Assembly: GCA_050273025.1 (NCBI GenBank) | Contig: CP158635.1 | Span: 15,686,001 to 15,750,000 of the forward strand | Length of the DNA stretch: 64,000 nucleotides | From: Cenococcum geophilum | Lineage: Eukaryota | Reading direction: 5' to 3' | Shown here: positions 50,929-63,437 of the stretch, in pieces | Position numbering within the stretch: the stretch's first letter is position 1 | Layout: every line of letters begins with the position of its first letter | The notes under the pieces: model-generated | What the model was told of the DNA's origin: nothing | Databases searched by the model: none | The model's input: the letters and a program-made list of their open reading frames with translations, nothing else | Position numbers and translations under genes: made by a program

Positions 50929-52206
50929 TAATATATACGTTTTTATAGTATAAATGGCAGCAGCAGTAGCATTAAACCGCTTCGCACCGTTATTATCGCC
51001 TAGGTTATCACCAGCAGCAAGCTAAAGCAACTCACTATCACGTTCTAATGCGTCCTAACGATTGTGAAGCGCGTTATAACTACTATCTAATACCTCTATA
51101 TTATCTCGAAACCTTATAAGACGCTTAGAAAACTATCTGTTAATATAGATATATATAAATCTACCTCTACAGCAGCTAGCGATATACGGCTTTTCCTACT
51201 CTATAAAATCTGGGAAAAACACTTACTTTTATTATGTCTATAATAAAGTAATAAGTATATAATAGATAGTTACTTTAGGAGAATAGAGCAACAATAACCT
51301 CCTTAAATTTTATAAGGAGAATTGCCTCCTAGTAGATACAATATTCAATATAATTAATAATATTCCAATATTATCGCCACTATTACTACTACCCTTTATA
51401 AGCCCGCTCTAAGAACGCCCATTAAAATACGCTACTACTACTCCTTCCCCTCTTACCTTAACCGATACACCTACCTAGCTATCGCCCTTCTTCCCTCGCC
51501 TAGTTTCTCCTGTCCGTCCCTTATACGCTACTATTACGTCTTGCTCTTACCTAATATTACTATTACCGCTAGCGAAGCCTCGTCAATCTTTAGCCTCTAC
51601 ACTACTAGCACTAATAACTATACTATATACTTCTAGAGCCTCCCTACTAGTACCAGTGACTACTCTATTACAGCGCCGCTTACCACATATATTATTACTT
51701 ATCCTCTCTATATATAACCTAGAACGCCAATTCTAAAATAAGTTAAGCCCCTTTTATAACTAGCACCTATATTACTCTACACGAAATCCCCCTAACACTA
51801 GTCTTATACGACTTTTGCACACTATTGTAAACCTTATTAGATCTTATAATATAAGCTATATTATTAAATATAATTATTATCCTTCTATATAGGATTAGCG
51901 AAGTATAAACTATACACGCAGTTTTCGTTTATTTAGGCTTATAGGAGATTATATTAAGATCTAGAAGAACTAAAATAGAGTAAAATAGTACTCTAACTTA
52001 CTATACTTTAACGGTATTATATTACTTTCCTTTATTTCCTATATTAATTACAGCGCTAAAGGAAGGAGAAATAGCTCTTATAGTTAGCTACTAAATTAAA
52101 GCCGGTATAATTCATATTAGTTTACTCTAGTTAGCGCTTAGTAACGGCCTATACCTAAGTTAGACGGTATATAGCTATAATAGAACATATATATATATAT
52201 ATATAC
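50929..52206 (+). mobile_element. Non-autonomous retroposon element A, copy 2
   Basis: ATG at 50954 (MAAAVALNRFAPL..), LINE-type tail and (TA)n. TSD GTTAAGATAGAGGG (50915-50928) vs GTCGAGATAGAGGG (52207-52220). Confidence 0.88.
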
Positions 52207-52220
52207 GTCGAGATAGAGGG

Positions 52221-53582
52221 CCAGGACAGGTTAATATATATATTAATACATCGGTTCATAATAGTAGGGCAGGGGTTGGCGTGTATACTACGCTATCTAA
52301 AGTAATGCTTTTGAAAACGGTAGCAAGCTCCAATTAGGCCGACGCCTACCTTATAAAGCTTCTAGCAATTAGCGAGGCAGCTAACTAGCTATAGAACCCT
52401 ACGTGCACGGCTGTCAACTAAATAGGTTTTCCAATACCTGCTTCTAGTATAAGAATATTCTCCAACTTGTAATTAGCGTTGCTATTAGTATAGAGCTAGA
52501 GGGCTAGAGTATGCTAGGAAGTAATCGCAGAGATCTTAAAGAAGCTTTAGCTAAACAATATCACGCTATACTAGATTCTAGACCACTCGGGATTTGTAGG
52601 AAATAAAAAGGCCGACAAGCTTACTAAAGCAGCGATAAGACTAGAGAGTAAGGAGCCACTACAAAGGGACGGCCTCCTATAGTACCTTGTAACGCAAGCC
52701 TTAAAAAGAGCCGAGATAATAACAGGACCGCTTCTATTAGAAAGATCTAATACTAGCAAATTTATAAGGAAGATTGACGCAGTACTCCACCTTAGAAGGG
52801 CGGTAGGATTATACTAGCAGCTAATCAGCTCCGAAGTAGCCATCCTTACGCAGCTATAGACCGGCAAGTCATTTCTAAAGAAATATCTCTATAAAATTAA
52901 TGTATTAGAGACGGCGTTATACAACTACGGGCTTATAGAATTAATACAGCACTTCCTTTTCTCCTATAGGAGGTGGGCGCAGTAGAGAATTAAACTAAGA
53001 GAGCAGTATAGAGACCGATTTGGGGATCTATTATATATATTAGGAGGCTACTTAAGCAGATGAGAAGGAGGCAGGAATATTAACGGCCCAATTAAACGCT
53101 GGAAGCCAGATATTAGCGTAGTTAAAGCTACAATCGAATTCACAAAGGAGACTAGACGTTTATACCTAAGTATATAAGACGCAGAAAGTATAGAAGCTAA
53201 CATTAATAAGTAAAGACTCTTAAGAATCCCTCCTCCAATTATCTAACCAAATATACCGCGAGCCTTATCTACACATACCTCCACTAGTGCGTTACCGATT
53301 AAGAAGCGCATAACGCTAGAATAGCCCTGCGGATATAAGGCGTCGAAAACTACTTACCTGGGCTCGCCTCTAAACTTTAACTTTCTTTTAATAGTAACGT
53401 ATTACTTTCCTTTATTTCCTTAGTTAAGTATAATATTAGGTAATAGATATATAGTTCTTATAGTTGGCTTCTAAACTAGAGCATACATATTAATAGCAGG
53501 AAGTATTTAGTTAGCGCTCTATAACGGCCTATACCCTAAATAGTATATGGCTATAATAAAATATATATATATATATACATAT
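52221..53582 (+). mobile_element. 5'-truncated Tad1-like LINE: RNase H domain + C-terminal Cys/His finger + 3' UTR/tail
   Basis: IY(TD)xSV, (E)LLAI, IFS(DSQ)SAL, (W)I(PG)HSGFVGN(E)KADKL, ILTQLRTG, (C)x(C)G..(ES)IQHFLFS(C). Stop ~53246. A third target copy GTCGAGATGGAGG follows at 53583-53595. Confidence 0.92.
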
Positions 53583-53880
53583 GTCGAGATGGAGGAAGTG
53601 GGAATAAAGTGTAGGTGAAAAGTTTTAGTAAGTGCTGACCGATCTAAGCGGCAATTAAGCCCCAGCCACGTGTAGCGGAGTTAGTGTTTTGGGTACCCCA
53701 CAATACGCCGCTTCGGAAGCGGATTAAACTCCTTGCTCCGCAGCTAAGCGGGGTTACGAAACCTTACTACCAAATGATTCGATATTATAATAATTAAGGG
53801 GGAATCTGTGCTAAAGTCTCTTATCTAATGCTAAGGTGTCTAATATGATTGTTACGAATTACGAGTGAAAACTTATGTTT

Positions 53881-55119
53881 TTATTCTGACGAAGAGCTTC
53901 TTATTAATGTATTTTTATACTCTAGGTCATTATCTACTATACGCTTCAATGCTCTCTCCTCTTGATTAATATACCTCGCTTTATTGCTAGAAGCGATATA
54001 ATCTAGAGGTATCTCTAATCTTTTCCGCTTCTTAAGTCTAGGAGCCATTAAATGCTTGCTAAGTAATCCCAGCTATCGTACCTTAGTCTCCGCCGTGGTA
54101 AGGTACTGGTAGAGTTATTGGGCAGAGATTACTAATCCTAGATCCTAATCTCCAATCTTACCCTGTATAAGTTCTTTATAAGCAAAGTCTATAAGTTTAA
54201 GTTAAAGGCCTAGATAATTAGTAGGATTTCCTTAGTTGTTGCGGAACGCCTATAAAGAATATCAGATATTAGATAAAAGAGCGTCGTTTTAAAATAGAGT
54301 ATACCTTATCTATAACTTCTTAAACTACTTTTAATTTATCTCTATTAGTAGTATAGAATATACAAGTTTACTATACCAATAACATCGCCTTGCGCGACTA
54401 CTTCCTGCCGTATTTAATGTCTAAGCCAATAATAACCTATACGCTCGCATCTAAATCTAGAAGATAGTCTTCGGCTAGCCTACCTAACCTCTTCCTCTTT
54501 TGTAAATATATAACTTTAATTATAACGCTAGGATATTATACATTATCGTGCTAGAAAGAGGCGTCCGGCTTATATTTTAACTTTATGCTAGGCGAAGCGC
54601 CGTTAACTAGAAAATAAATCTCGGTAGAACGGGCTGGCCGCACCTTCTGCGCGAAAAGGGCTGCCTTGTCTGACCCGTTGCGAATTACCTTTAGCTAACT
54701 TTAAATTGTGTCCTTAATACTATTAATAAAGAGCTTATATATACTAGTCGGCATACAGATAACAAGTCGGTGGCTTCTTACGTTATAGTTATACCTGTCC
54801 GATTTCCATCATCAGCTACGCCTGTATTATTCTTTAAGGCTATGTACCGTATCTTATCCTTAGCATACCTAAATAGCGCCTCGTCTCGCCTAAGCTGACG
54901 CTTTATATTATTATACTCTCCTTATAAAAGCTGAAATTCTGTCTATGGGTGTTCCTTAATATGTCTTCCAGCTTTAATATCTTTAAAAAGCGCAATAAGT
55001 CGGGGAGCTTAGGTAAAGGCTTTCTTGTTAATTGGCGGAGGCGTTAAAGGCGCGCTTACGAAGCTTAAAGGCGGTGTAATATGCCGATTATCTTTTATAG
55101 GAGTCTGCGACGTAGACAT
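53881..55119 (-). pseudogene. PD-(D/E)xK / Uma2-like restriction-endonuclease-fold protein relic (2 introns)
   Basis: MSTSQTP..PLTPPP..KDKIR / YDY..LVICMPTxxHELF..KYKPDASF(W)HDNxxYPSVII(E)VxY(S)QKRKRL..LAEDYLL. Intact ATG at 55119 and TAA at 53881-53883. The family assignment comes from recalled motifs. Confidence 0.65.
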
Positions 55120-58100
55120 AGCCGTATGTTATGCTATAAGTTAGGCCGCATTGCGAAGTTAAACGGTGACCGTCGCGAAAACTGGTTGGGGTTTGGCGGT
55201 TCCTTACGCTTCAAGTTAACTCAGCAACCGTGCCACTAAACAGCCGAGCAGCACACAAAAGCGTTGGTGGGGACTGTGGCGTGTGGATGCGGCAGTGCTT
55301 TACCGCTATAACGCCACGCCCAAAACACTTGGTTCCAACGCCAACTACTTTTTAAGGTTGAAAAATAGAGAATATAGAGGAAATGGGCAACTATAGACCC
55401 TTATAAGGGTGTAGCCAGAGCGGGTCGGCACCCTCCCTACTAGCGCCGGCATAACGTTAAAGTAAATTCACACAGCATCGGAACCCTCAACAAAGGGCAA
55501 GACGGTTTTCAAGTCACTTGCAAAAGGGATTAGCAGACATGTTTTTTAAGCCCTAATTCAAAAAGCTTCTTTGAAGGAAAAGGGTAGTGATTATAGGCAT
55601 AAAGCAGGTGCTAAGAAAGTACTAATAGTAGATATATGAAAATGAAAATAACTTTAACACTATAAAGAAGAAGCTGTTTCTGTATAAAGAGCCCTATAGA
55701 CCTAGTATGCCGGACAAGTTCCTATATAATAGATCCTATAGGCTTAAAGAACTAAAGAAATTCCTATAAGAGAAGCCTAATGAATTTGGTGACAAGTAGA
55801 AGTCCTATTATACTTCCTCCTAACCCTTTCCTATTATATTAATAGAGGTATATAATCCCACTTAGTAGATTGCAATAGATGGAATAAGCGCTAAAGAGTA
55901 TACACTAGATATTATTCTTTAACTCTTTAATATATAAATCTATAAGCCCACTAACCTTAAACACGACTGGTACTTACTTAGGATGTAAGTGTTTAAGCTT
56001 AGAAAGAAACTTATAGAGTTTAGGGTTATTATTATATATTAGTTGTCCTTTATTGGTAATACAGTGAATAAAATCTTCTGCCCGTATTAAGAGACTTAAG
56101 AGATTATTATAAATTATATAGAGCTCGGAAGAGGTCAAGCTAAAAGAGACGAAAGTGTAGGTTTTAGAACATAGACAGACCACTAGGCGTTTTACAGGCA
56201 TTCTATAATTTCTTATTAAATTTCTACTTTATTCTTCCGTATAGTATTACACTTATAGAGTCTTACCTATTAAATTACGCCAAATCCTAAGTTCTCTATT
56301 ATCACTCGATAATCCATTATCGTCACTCCGGCTTAGTTTATCAATATTGGTAGTATTAATTCGCCCTTCTACTAGGTCACTTTAGCGTAATCTGTTAATA
56401 GAGTGGCTAGAAGTCTGTAGCTTATTACTATCATTTAAAACTACCGTCTCTTTATTACTATCTTTATTACTATCCTCTTTTTATCCTTAATTATAAGGTG
56501 TGAAATATATAACGCTAGGGTAGTATATATAGATCGTTTCCTAAGCTCTTCCTGCAGACCTATGAGAATTATTAGCAATCTAATTTAGGTTTGTCTGAGG
56601 CATATATATAATAGGACTTATTTAACGAGCACAGAAAAGAACTATATTTTAGTAAGGCTTAGTATTTAGGGAAAAGCTAGCTTGATCTGAGGACATTTTA
56701 AGGTAAGGTGAATGCTACCTTTATAATATTTCCTCTACTGCTTAGCTAAGCTAAGACTAAGTTTAGAAAGAGAGATTAATATTACCTAAATAAGGCGAAG
56801 TATATTAGCGGCCCCTTTACCCTAAAGCTGGCGTATAATATCCGTTGGCTATAATTACTTCTTACTTGGTGTACTGTTTATGCCTAAAAGCGTAGGCTGC
56901 TAGACTAAATCTAACGGTAGCTGTTTAAATTAAAGGAGGCATTGCTAGGGGTAATTATTGGCTAAGCTGTTACTAAATATAAATACCTAACTAAAATATA
57001 TTATATTAGTGCGGAAGAACTAACGCACTAGTCTCTAGCTTTGTAAGCAGTGCTTAGCTGTTATTATTTATTAGATTATAAGTAGTCTTAATGCTCTAGC
57101 TCTTGTTAGTATTAATATAAAGAAGCTTATATAAACACCGCATACTTTAACGGCTGGAGAAGTTTATATGAATTTGTTAACTAGGATTGTGTAAGTTACT
57201 CTAAGATTGATATTTCTGCCTAAATCCATATGACGTGGGTGAAAGTAATGCCGCCTTCTAAGCGCTGTACTATGTTTTTAAGGCATGTAGTATAAGTAAG
57301 GAGTTAGGAGATAAAGCTGCGGCGTATTTAGCCACCTTTGACGTAACTGAGAAGAAGTTTAGGAATATAGTTTCTACTCTATTTGGAACCGGATAAGGGC
57401 TTCTGTATACTAGTGTTTAGGGGTAGCCCTAATAGTTGATTATTGTTTAAAGTTGATGATCCGGCCAAGCTAAGTTTTACGCTTAGAATTAAATAGGGGA
57501 TTTATTTGATATTATAAGAAGAAGCTTAGATACTGGATGCTAGTAGAGGTATTAGCCCCCTAAATACCTAGAAGCTATAGGTAGTAAAGAGATTATCCTA
57601 TAACTATTAATATGACTTAGTATTGCGGCGAAGCAGCTTGCGTAATTTAATATTTTTAGATTAGAGCTGTGCTTCTAGCGTTAGTCCTACGAGGGCATAA
57701 AGGGCGCTATTGCGTAGTTTTTTTTGCTTTATAGTACTTATAATTCCTAATTCTTTTATACTAGCCCTAAGCTCTTACCAGCTATGCTTTCTCTAGTTAA
57801 GGACCACTCGCAGCCGTCTAATTTTAGATAGGTGGGAATACTATCTTTACCTGCCCTAATATCCGGAATGGAAATTTCGTATCCTTACGACACCTAAGAG
57901 TATAAGGATGTGTATATCTTGGGAATAGACTATACGGAAAGCCATAGTAAGGCCAGCCCTATATTTTAAGTTTGGCTTATTAATCTTCTTACCTAATAAT
58001 AGGCTCGTCTGACCCCGCGAATATAGTCGCTAATGTTGAGTACGTTTTTTTAATACCTTCTAGTAAGATAGCCGGATAATTATAGATCTTTCAATTACAC

Positions 58101-59533
58101 TAATAGCTAAGTAGGTGACGATAAAGCCCACTTTATGGATGTTTCTAATAATAGCTTAGATTATAAAAGCGAAGATAAACAGCCTATTAGATTCCTAAGA
58201 AGACCAAACTAAATTTTAGAAGGCGTAATTAAAAACGGTGCACTTAAATACTGGGTAGAGTGGAAGCCTAGGCTGACGAGCATTAGAGCCACGGAGAGAA
58301 ATAAGAATTTAAGGTATTGCTCGGTTTATATTATGGATGGAGTAGTAGTTTTATGCTAGAAGCCTATTAAAGAGCCTATAACTAACCTAATGTCCTATAA
58401 ACTTTAATCTTATTATAAAAAGAATCTTAGTAAGTTTATTAAGTATATTATAAGGTTCCGAGAGCTTAGAGAGGCGCTTAAAAAGAAAGACAGAAAAACA
58501 CTTATGGCTTTAGTAGATAAGAGTGGAATATAGAAGGGACTTAGATTAACCTCACGAAACGCCATTAATAAAAGTAGTAAAAAAGAGATTAACGGCAAAT
58601 CTTTAAAAGCGAAAGAGAAGTAGAGATTACCCCTAAATATATGGCGTGTAGTGGGCTTAGGCCTAAATAATTTGGGAATAGAACTTTCTCCTATAGTACT
58701 TTAATAGTTTTTAAATAATTATTAAGTATTTCTAGTTACTGTTAAGCAATTTAATTATTTCCTATATATAATACGTTTTAGTCTTATTTATCCTACTATT
58801 TCTTAGGAATATCCTAATATAAGTGGGAATAGCTGGAGGTTCTAAGGGCTCTTAAGCAAGGCTTATAAAGCAGAATAATATATACTATATATGCTATATA
58901 ACTATAGAAAAGAGTTTATTAAAAGGCGGAACATTAGATAGTTAGACAAAGGTTAAGCTTAGGTCTACGTCCTTACTGCTAGTGAATTCCGCCTGCTAAG
59001 ACCACCTGGACTAGACGAGGTCTCTAAACTAGGTTAGGCATATTTATTCTTAAATATAAAAATCAAAAGCACTTAATAAATGTTATAGGCTTTTATAGCA
59101 GAAGCAGTTGTTCTAGTACGTTTGATAGCACTGCCTAAGATAACAACTTTCTTGCTAATGCTTTCTAAAATATTTAAGTTAGGACTAGGACTAGATAGTT
59201 AGTACAAGCTCTATTAATTTCCTTATATTAGTGCTATTTGCGTTGTCTTATCTGCTATAATGGATAAGTAAACGCACCTACTTACTTATAACGGATCTTA
59301 ACTATAGTCCCTTAAGCTAGCTGGTCTACAAAGAGCGCGCCACGCGTTTACGGATCATAAAACAAATTTTCTACTCTGAGTTCCCTTACGGAGATCCTAT
59401 CTAGTACTAGCTAGCATTTACCCCGCCATTAGAAACTCTTAGCATCTACCCCATATACTATCCTGTAGCGAAAGTACGTTTAAACACTAACCTCTCCCTT
59501 TATTCGCGTTTAAAAATTAAACGCCTCTTAAAC

Positions 59534-61246
59534 GTATGTATGTATATATGTATAATCTATTATAGCCATATACTATCTAGGGTATAGGCCGTTACTAAGC
59601 GCTAACTAGAGTAAACTAATACAAATTATACCTGCTTTAATTTAGTAGCTAACTATAAGGGCTATTTCTCCTTCCTTTTACGCTGTAATTAATATAGGAA
59701 ATAAAGAGAGAGTATATAAACCTAAGAGATAAAGAGCGTATATATATGTTGAAATTCCATCCTATAACCTACCCGTATCCGCCTATACCCTTAAGGAGCG
59801 CCTCCCTAGCCTCTATTACCGATAACTGCAATAGCTGCTTCCCTTAGTAGCAGTTTACTAAGTTATATTATTCTTAAACGGCCTAATACTAATAAGCAGG
59901 TTAAGAGGGCGGCGGCAATTACGTATTAAGGCGAGATCTAAAACAAAATTTAATAGAGAATAAGAATAGGGACCCGGTTACCTATGCTACTAAATTATAA
60001 GAATCCTGTCCTTCTCTTTCCTATATACTGGGCATTTACGGTATAAGGCTTAGTGTGGGCCTTAGCAGTTTACGTAGCGCAGGTTTACTGTCTTATACTA
60101 GAGATAACCTTCCTAGCCACACATATCGTATATATTGGGTCATATATAGTCTCTAGCTCTATATCTAAACCTTTTACATTTAAAACATGCCACTAGAGTG
60201 CGTCGCTCTTTAAATAGCGATACTACAATCGTACCTCCACTAAACGACACACTATCTATCCTAAGAAGCTTCTCCGTGTCCTCCTTTGTTGCTACCTTAA
60301 TAACCACTAACACATGCTAGCTACTAGGCCTTAGTCTTCCGAGCCATCTCATTATATATACCTCCACCCCATTCTCCTCCCTAAACCGCTCTATAGCTAA
60401 TTTACTTACTTTCCCACTATTAATATTTATTGCTAGAGCCACTTTAACCTAGTCCGCTTTAACTGTATACTACTTAGGTCCGATAAGCCTCGCCCTAGGG
60501 ATATACGGTTTAAGCTACTATATAGTTATCTACCGGAACGCGGCCTCTTTATCCTTTTCCACTAAGAATTTAATAACGCTTATATTATCATTCGCTCGCT
60601 ATACGCGGAAGTCCTTAACTATAGCCCCCGTAAGTCTCTTAACATCACTTATACCCTACATAATAGTTTATTTTACCACCTCTATATTCACTATCTTCTC
60701 TATCACTCCCTATCCCGCTTAGCTAATATTAATCACTAGCTAACCGTTGGGCTCCTTATAAGGGTCCCCAGCGCTTATTATTCGCAAAAGTTATCCCTAA
60801 TCCTGCTACGCCTCTACTAGCCGCTACTGACGCCCATAATTATATTAATGGAGGCGATACTAAAAAATTATTAAACTGCGTTCGGAGAGAACGGATCTCC
60901 TCCTAAAGTTCGGCGTATTGGCTCTTAAGGCTCTGCTGTTCTAAGTAGATCTCTACAAGGTCGTCTTAGACGCTTTTGATAATGCTGTTCTAGTTCATAA
61001 TAACGCTACTCTGCTATGTTATAATCTCTTTCAGATTTGTGATAAGCCTCGCGATTTCCTCTAAGTTAGTGCTTCTTCCCTCGCGTTTAGGTGAGACGGA
61101 GACGCTTGCGGTAGGGAATGGGGGTAGTCCATTCTGCGTTGATCGTGGCGCGATTGTTTGTGTTTTTAGCGACTGCTAGGCCTCTAGCGCCTTCGCGCTC
61201 GGTTTCCTTGTACGTCCTCTTATTGGAGCTGCTGGCGTGGCCAGAG
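59534..61246 (-). mobile_element. Gag/ORF1-only non-autonomous retroelement with LINE-type 3' tail
   Basis: RIP-broken ORF ~61223-59978 (RGRTRKPSAKALEA, coiled coil, SWASVAA, three Cys/His knuckles CFKCKRF(GH)xxRD(C) .. CGxEG(H) .. NCxGPH). No EN/RT. Tail ends CATACATAC. Perfect 14-bp TSD AACGCCTCTTAAAC (59520-59533, 61247-61260). Confidence 0.92.
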
Positions 61247-62398
61247 AACGCCTCTTAAACAAGGGTGTGGCCAGAGCGGGTCGGCACCCTCCCTGCTAGC
61301 GCCTGTAGATGGCAGCATCGTGACGATGGTTCTGGAAGAGTCCTCTACATTCTTTCCTGCTTACATAAGCAGATTCCCTTTATTTCCATCTTACCTCAGC
61401 GAGCTCAGACGTGAATTTAATTGGAGCGGATGTTCCTTCGGCCCGTCAGCAAGCTAACTAACATCCACCAAAATCACGTCTAAGGCACTTTGGCGAGATT
61501 TGTTAAAATTATAACCAAAATCTTAATTTTGGCGATTTTATAAGGGGATTTCCTCCACGATATAATAAAATAAAGTCTTCAGAAGTTCATAGATGAATTT
61601 TAGGAGGCTACTTTACATATTAAATATTTTAGAATTATATTGTTCCCTTCCAAATCTAAGATTAATTTCGTTAAAGTTGAAATTCCCGTTGTTAAAACTA
61701 TGAGCTTCTTTTGTATAGGCCTATATGGGCCTATATAAAGGTATAAAAAGCCTAAAATCTTATAATTTATAGAGCTAGATCTCCTGAGTAATTTAATATA
61801 ATTTTTACCTTAAAAGACGCTGTAGGGATGTTGATCAATTTTGTTGGGGTTTATGAGTTTTCCTTACTAAAAAAGCTCGTGCTTCTATACAAATCTCGCC
61901 AAAGCGCCTCAGACTAAGAAATCGATCAAATATCCGAAGGAGATTAGCGCGCCAGCGTAATCGATTTCTTAGTCTAAGCTTCTGAGGTAAGTTTCCATCT
62001 TGGTCGACATCCATAAGCAATTGCTTATGACTTATAGGTATAGGCCTATATAAAGGCCTATATTTGTTGTAGATAGATTCTATATATAGATTCATTCATT
62101 CCAATATTATCTAGTTTATTACATCGAAATGCGTTCTAGTAATATGGCAAACAGGAGCTTGCTATACCCTAACTTTTAGCGTGAAAAAGGCATTGCCTTA
62201 TTCCTGTCCTTCGTTCTTCACTAGTAAATAAGATCTATATGCTATATGCGATAAAGACCGTTCCAAGCTGGTAATCTCAAGCCGATCTATATTACTCAAA
62301 TGCCTAGGTCTTTAGCGCCCTTTATTGTCGGTGTGTCTTAAAGACAGTATATACTGCTTAGGAGGCACGCTTTATATAGCGTATTCCGCTAGATATAG

Positions 62399-62552
62399 TT
62401 ATACCTACTGTAAGTAGTAGGCTAGCGCCTGTTCGCATACAATCCGATCTGGGTAATCCTCGGCCAGCGTGCTTTCTTCAATCTTAACCACCTGCTCTAG
62501 CAGCTTTACAGCCTCCTTAACTTGCCCATTCGCCCCGTAAGTAATAGCAATT
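62399..62552 (-). pseudogene. Isolated terminal TPR unit of an NLR-type protein
   Basis: AITYGANGQVKEAVKLLEQVVKIEESTLAED(H)PDR. Confidence 0.7.
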
Positions 62553-63437
62553 GGCTAGTATAGCGTATATAGATGGAGATAATGCAGAAACAGGTAATTC
62601 TTTACCTGGTCGCCCTTGGAGATAAATGCAACTCCTATAGAGGTTTAGAGAGGACTAAATTATTATAAAATAAATCGCAAGCATTGAAAATAGGTTATAC
62701 TAATATTTAGAGTTTTTAAATCGCTGTGTGGATTTTAATTAATTAATTAGTATTGTACGTTATAAAGGTTTAAAGGTATACGTGGGTGGAGGCACTCCTA
62801 GCATAAACAACCTTGCCTTTACTTGGAGAGGACTTAGACGAAATATAGAGACTCTTAAATTAACGGAAGAATCTATAAACCCGGATCTTAGGCCCTGCTT
62901 ATCCTAGTACTATTCCTTCCTCTATAATATTGACTAGGTAGCAGGCGGAGAAGGTAAAGGTTAGTGCCTTAGGCATTAGGGATATACGTTAAAGACTTTC
63001 GCAGTTATAAACATCATGTAGATAAAAGCGTTTATTAGTTTTGGGCGCCTTAATATCTAAGGCAATAATACCACTTGCAACCAGCTGAAAGCCCCTTACC
63101 GTTCTCCACGAAAGTGCGCATTAAATAACAACTGCATTACGGTTATTAACGGGAAATCTTGCTGTAACACCATTCTCTTAGTATAAAAGCTCTATATAAT
63201 CTAACTTTATAGAGATAAGCTTCTTTCTACCCCAACCTTAATAGCAGATCTAACTTAGTTATACTACATCGCAAAATAACCGTCGACCTTTCGTCCCTAC
63301 CATCTAATGTATAAAAAAGTCAAAGTGAGGCTAGGAGCCTACGATGTCTACACGTTAAGATATATAAGTGCTAGGAGATCTGACCCTCTAACCTCCAACC
63401 CTCTAACCTACTTCCTTATAATTACCCGCTTGTTAAA

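Noticed and set aside
58230..58395. Chromodomain-like YWVEWKP..(W)KP..EPxTNL fragment
   Set aside because: Too short and too mutated to support a call without a profile search.
55500..59300. Possible additional gene relics (Gln/Pro-rich and acidic stretches)
   Set aside because: No recognisable domain, and frames could not be reconstructed reliably.
61260..61310. HDV-like ribozyme in the 45-bp motif (CCTCCCTGCTAGCGCC resembles the HDV L3/P3 region)
   Set aside because: P3 pairing is not consistent across copies, no P1 partner was found, and it is antisense to and outside the TSD-bounded elements.
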